Below are positions 61,030 through 64,000 of a stretch of 64,000 nucleotides of DNA, piece by piece (the first letter of the stretch is position 1; the number at the start of each line of letters is the position of its first letter). The stretch spans positions 9,845 to 73,844 of the forward strand of contig JAWBPV010000004.1 of assembly GCA_039000425.1 (NCBI GenBank). Reading direction: 5' to 3'. A program made the translations under genes and the position numbers. Source of the stretch: Candidatus Aenigmatarchaeota archaeon. GTDB lineage: Archaea > Aenigmatarchaeota > Aenigmatarchaeia > CG10238-14 > SCSR01. The notes below the pieces were generated by a model. The model was not told the origin of the DNA. It searched no databases and was given only the letters and a program-made list of their open reading frames with translations.

Positions 61030-61740
61030 ATGTTGAAGGTTATAAACTTGCACGTTAAAGTTGGAAACAACGAGATTTTGAAAGGGGTTAACTTGAACAT
61101 AGGTGAAGGAGAAATTCATGCTTTGCTCGGTCCAAACTTCAGCGGAAAGACTACTTTAGCCTATGCTATAATGGGGATACAAGGTTACAAAGTGATTAAA
61201 GGGAAGATATTGTTTAAAGGTAAGGATATAACTAAGTTGAAAGTTCATAAAAGGGCTAGGTTAGGGATAGCACTTGCTTTCCAACATCCACCAGATGTGA
61301 AAGGGGTTAAGTTGAAAAAAATTTTGGAAATAATAGGGGGAGAAAAAGTTGATGTGAAGAGATTTGGGTTGAAAGAAGAATTGCTCGAGAGAGAAGTAAA
61401 CGTCGGTTTTTCAGGCGGGGAGAAAAAGCTTTCTGAAATAATCCAGTTGCTGGCTATGAAGCCGAAGTTGGCCATATTCGATGAGATAGATTCCGGCTTA
61501 GATTTGGAGAAAAGTGGGATGATAATGAAAATAATAAAGAGAAAATTTTTGGGGGAAGGAAGTTCTGTGTTGCTTATAACACATAACGCCAGCTTACTTA
61601 AATTCATAAATCCCGATTTAACCCATTTATTGGTTAGAGGGAAAATAATTTGTTCTCGAAGAAGTTGGAAAAAAGTTTTGAACAATATAAAAAGGTATGG
61701 ATATGAAAGATGTGAAAAATGTGAATTATTATCAAGTTGA
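61030..61740 (+). CDS. sufC: Fe-S cluster assembly ATPase SufC
   Basis: 236 aa. Walker A GPNFSGKTT, ABC signature FSGGEKK, Walker B LAIFDEIDSGLD. Followed by a sufB/D-like gene. Confidence 0.8.
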   Translation: MLKVINLHVKVGNNEILKGVNLNIGEGEIHALLGPNFSGKTTLAYAIMGIQGYKVIKGKILFKGKDITKLKVHKRARLGIALAFQHPPDVKGVKLKKILEIIGGEKVDVKRFGLKEELLEREVNVGFSGGEKKLSEIIQLLAMKPKLAIFDEIDSGLDLEKSGMIMKIIKRKFLGEGSSVLLITHNASLLKFINPDLTHLLVRGKIICSRRSWKKVLNNIKRYGYERCEKCELLSS

Positions 61741-62605
61741 TCATCAAGTTAAGCAAATTTTGAGTAAAGAAGGGGTTAAGATTTTAACTACTCCTGAAGC
61801 TTGGGAGAAATACAACTGGGTCAGGAAATACTTCGATTCAAAACCTAGGGAAGGATTCTTCGTATGGGTGAAAAAACAAATCGACTTTCCTTTAAGCGGA
61901 TGCATAACTATATCTTCCCCAAAAATTTCCCAAGATTTGAAGAATGTTTTGGTTGTGGAGAAGAATTTGAAAGTTAGTGTTAGTGTAATGTGCAACGCGA
62001 GCAGGTTTGATCTGTGTGGGACTCATGCAGCTCAAGGAAAAGTTATACTCAAGAAAAACTCTTCCTTATGTTATAATCACCTTCAAATTTGGGGAGAAGG
62101 AGATGTAGTTTTGCCTTTTTACGAATTCTTACTCGAGAAGAATTCACACCTCGACTACAATTTCAAGAATTTCTTTCCACCTAGAAAAATGAAGATGAAA
62201 ACATCGATTCGTTGTCTCGAAAAAGCTTCGGTTAACTTGAAAATTTTGATGAAAGCTAAATCTTGTGAAGTTGATTTGGTTGATGAAGTTTTTTTAGAAG
62301 AGGATGATTCGAGTGCTGTTATCAGGTTAAGAGTAGTTGGTGAAAAAGAGGGCGATGTGGTAGCACACACTAAGCTTACAGCGAAATCTAGGGCTAAAGG
62401 TCACATAGATTGTCAAGGTCTACTTTTGGATAAAAATTCGAATATAAGGTTAATTCCTGAATTGGTTAGCAAGGACAAGGATGCAACCATAACTCATGAA
62501 GCTTCCATAGGGAAGATATCTGAAGAAGTTTTGAATTACTTGATGTCTAGAGGTTTAAGCGAAAAAGAAGCTGTAAACTTGATAGTCACAGGATTCTTGG
62601 AATGA
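61697..62605 (+). CDS. SufB/SufD-family Fe-S assembly protein (short)
   Basis: 302 aa. C-terminal TITHEASIGKISEEVLNYLMSRGLSEKEAVNLIVTGF is the conserved SufBD C-terminal block. Overlaps sufC by 44 nt. Confidence 0.7.
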   Translation: MDMKDVKNVNYYQVDHQVKQILSKEGVKILTTPEAWEKYNWVRKYFDSKPREGFFVWVKKQIDFPLSGCITISSPKISQDLKNVLVVEKNLKVSVSVMCNASRFDLCGTHAAQGKVILKKNSSLCYNHLQIWGEGDVVLPFYEFLLEKNSHLDYNFKNFFPPRKMKMKTSIRCLEKASVNLKILMKAKSCEVDLVDEVFLEEDDSSAVIRLRVVGEKEGDVVAHTKLTAKSRAKGHIDCQGLLLDKNSNIRLIPELVSKDKDATITHEASIGKISEEVLNYLMSRGLSEKEAVNLIVTGFLE

Positions 62606-63868
62606 CTAGAATTGTTTTAAATCTTTCTGTAAAGGAACTTTCCCTTTCACGATTTCAAAATTTTCATCGAATACAGGGCTACCGTAAACACCATCGTAGC
62701 CGGGAATGTACTTAATTTTCCCTTCTCTCACTTTTATTATAGCTTCAACTATTTTTTCACCCGTAACTTTTAACAATTCTTCTTTGGGTACGTTCAACAA
62801 AACATTCAACTCATTCCCAAATTTCTTTATCAACTTATCATGTTCTTCCAAAACTTTTTTCGAGTAAAGTTCTCCAGAACCTGAGGCGAAAGAAATTACT
62901 TCATACAAAGGAAGTAGTGTTTTAAAAGGAATAGCATCTTTTGGAACGAAACCTTCTGGCCTGTCCGCAAGTTCTTCAACCCTTTGTAAAACACCAACTG
63001 TAAGCTTCTTATGACATTTTGGGCAGATGTTTTTGAGCTTGATAGCATCTTTTGGATGTAAACTTATGTTACAAGAGCGATGTCCAGTGAAATGATATTT
63101 TCCATAGTTCGGGTCGACTTCTATAGTGTACAAAAACCTTTTCCCATCTTTCTTCTTTATAACATCGAAAATTTCCCAATAACTTATTTTTTTCAAGTCA
63201 AAGACGTTTGCTTCTCTTCCCAAACGCCATGGGTGCGGGGAGTGAGAATCGCTGTTACTCAACAAAGTGAATTTATCGAGGGAAGATAACCTCCAATTCA
63301 TCTCAGGATTGCTAGATAGCCCAGTTTCCAAAGCGAATATATTTTTAACTTGATCTTGGTAGCACTCTTCCATTGAATTAAAACCAGACTTACTTCCAAA
63401 ACAAGACATCCAAGGAGTCCATGCATGTGCAGGATAAATCAACACATCTTCACTTATTTCTGTCAAGATCTCAACAAGCTCTTGAGCGCTTAAGTTCAGG
63501 ACAGGCCTTCCGTCAGAATTAAGGTTCCCATATTTTATCAACTTATCAACTATTTGTTCTACTATTTCAAAAGATGGTGCATGGATCACGTGATGCACTC
63601 TTTTGATTTCCCCACGAACTTCAAAATACGTAGCCACTTCACTCGTTAGAGTGAAGAAAACATCTTCATAAAAAAACAAACCAGAATCTTCTAAAACTTC
63701 CAACTTGTCCTTCAATTCTTCAAACCATTTAGGATGTGTGAAATCACCAGTTCCAACAAGATTCAATCCCTTTATCTTTGCACCTTCAGCTATTCCTTTC
63801 AAGTTCATTTGCTTACTGGTGGCTTTACTCCAGAGTGAATGTACGTGAAAATCAGCTATTACGATCAT
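62606..63868 (-). CDS. PHP-domain endonuclease Q-like protein
   Basis: 420 aa. MIVIADFHVHSLWSKATSK...GLNLVGTGDFTHP (PHP metal site), SNSDSHSP, and Zn-finger CPKCHKK. Resembles Thermococcales EndoQ as I recall it. Confidence 0.55.
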   Translation of the reverse strand: MIVIADFHVHSLWSKATSKQMNLKGIAEGAKIKGLNLVGTGDFTHPKWFEELKDKLEVLEDSGLFFYEDVFFTLTSEVATYFEVRGEIKRVHHVIHAPSFEIVEQIVDKLIKYGNLNSDGRPVLNLSAQELVEILTEISEDVLIYPAHAWTPWMSCFGSKSGFNSMEECYQDQVKNIFALETGLSSNPEMNWRLSSLDKFTLLSNSDSHSPHPWRLGREANVFDLKKISYWEIFDVIKKKDGKRFLYTIEVDPNYGKYHFTGHRSCNISLHPKDAIKLKNICPKCHKKLTVGVLQRVEELADRPEGFVPKDAIPFKTLLPLYEVISFASGSGELYSKKVLEEHDKLIKKFGNELNVLLNVPKEELLKVTGEKIVEAIIKVREGKIKYIPGYDGVYGSPVFDENFEIVKGKVPLQKDLKQF

Positions 63869-63877
63869 CGTTTCACT

Positions 63878-64000
63878 TCAAAATATTCTGAAAACAAGGA
63901 TGAAAGAAATTATTGTAACGAAGATCCAAAGCCAAGGTTTCCATTGTATGATTTTACTTCCATCCAAAGGGGGGATGGGTAACAAATTGAAGAAAGCTAA
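63878..64000 (-). CDS. C-terminal end of a second M50-family protease (partial at window edge)
   Basis: Minus frame from 64000 reads LAFFNLLPIPPLDGSKIIQWKPWLWIFVTIISFILVFRIF, stop at 63878-63880. NxxPxxPLDG is the M50 C-terminal motif. Confidence 0.6.
   Translation of the reverse strand, partial: LAFFNLLPIPPLDGSKIIQWKPWLWIFVTIISFILVFRIF

Overview
AT-rich, very gene-dense archaeal chromosome segment. Archaeal markers include Top6A/B, aIF1A, uS15, eS1, eS17, Alba, EndA, diphthine synthase, archaemetzincin, class III RNR and a form III RuBisCO AMP-salvage operon. Short proteins, pervasive 1-4 nt gene overlaps and intron-rich tRNAs suggest a small-genome, DPANN-like anaerobe; this is inference only. 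I call about 80 CDS and 6 tRNAs. Four tRNAs carry introns: Trp at the canonical 37/38 site, and Thr, Phe and Val with short introns at non-canonical positions. A single 188-aa EndA gene lies nearby. The accessory core (about 11-45.5 kb) holds two archaeal type IV pilus-like (Tad/Epd-like) loci. Locus 1 (13.5-21.4 kb) has a 744-aa ATPase, a 644-aa platform protein and about 10 pilin-like genes, two of them below the 60-aa ORF-track cutoff. Locus 2 (30.0-45.5 kb) has a second platform paralog and no ATPase. It continues with small pilin-like proteins, a 1015-aa Cys/Thr-rich secreted protein, a membrane-anchored metzincin, and large proteins whose prepilin-type N-termini are fused to a vWA domain, a six-bladed propeller with tandem EF-hand loops, and a Cys-rich domain. 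I interpret locus 2 as a PilY1/TadG-like, possibly undescribed, cell-contact apparatus. A six-member family of polytopic membrane proteins with a shared LPF...Y..L.KSKI(F/L)G helix flanks both loci. No CRISPR array, transposase, integrase or rRNA is visible. All function calls rest on motifs read by eye and need HMM or structure searches.
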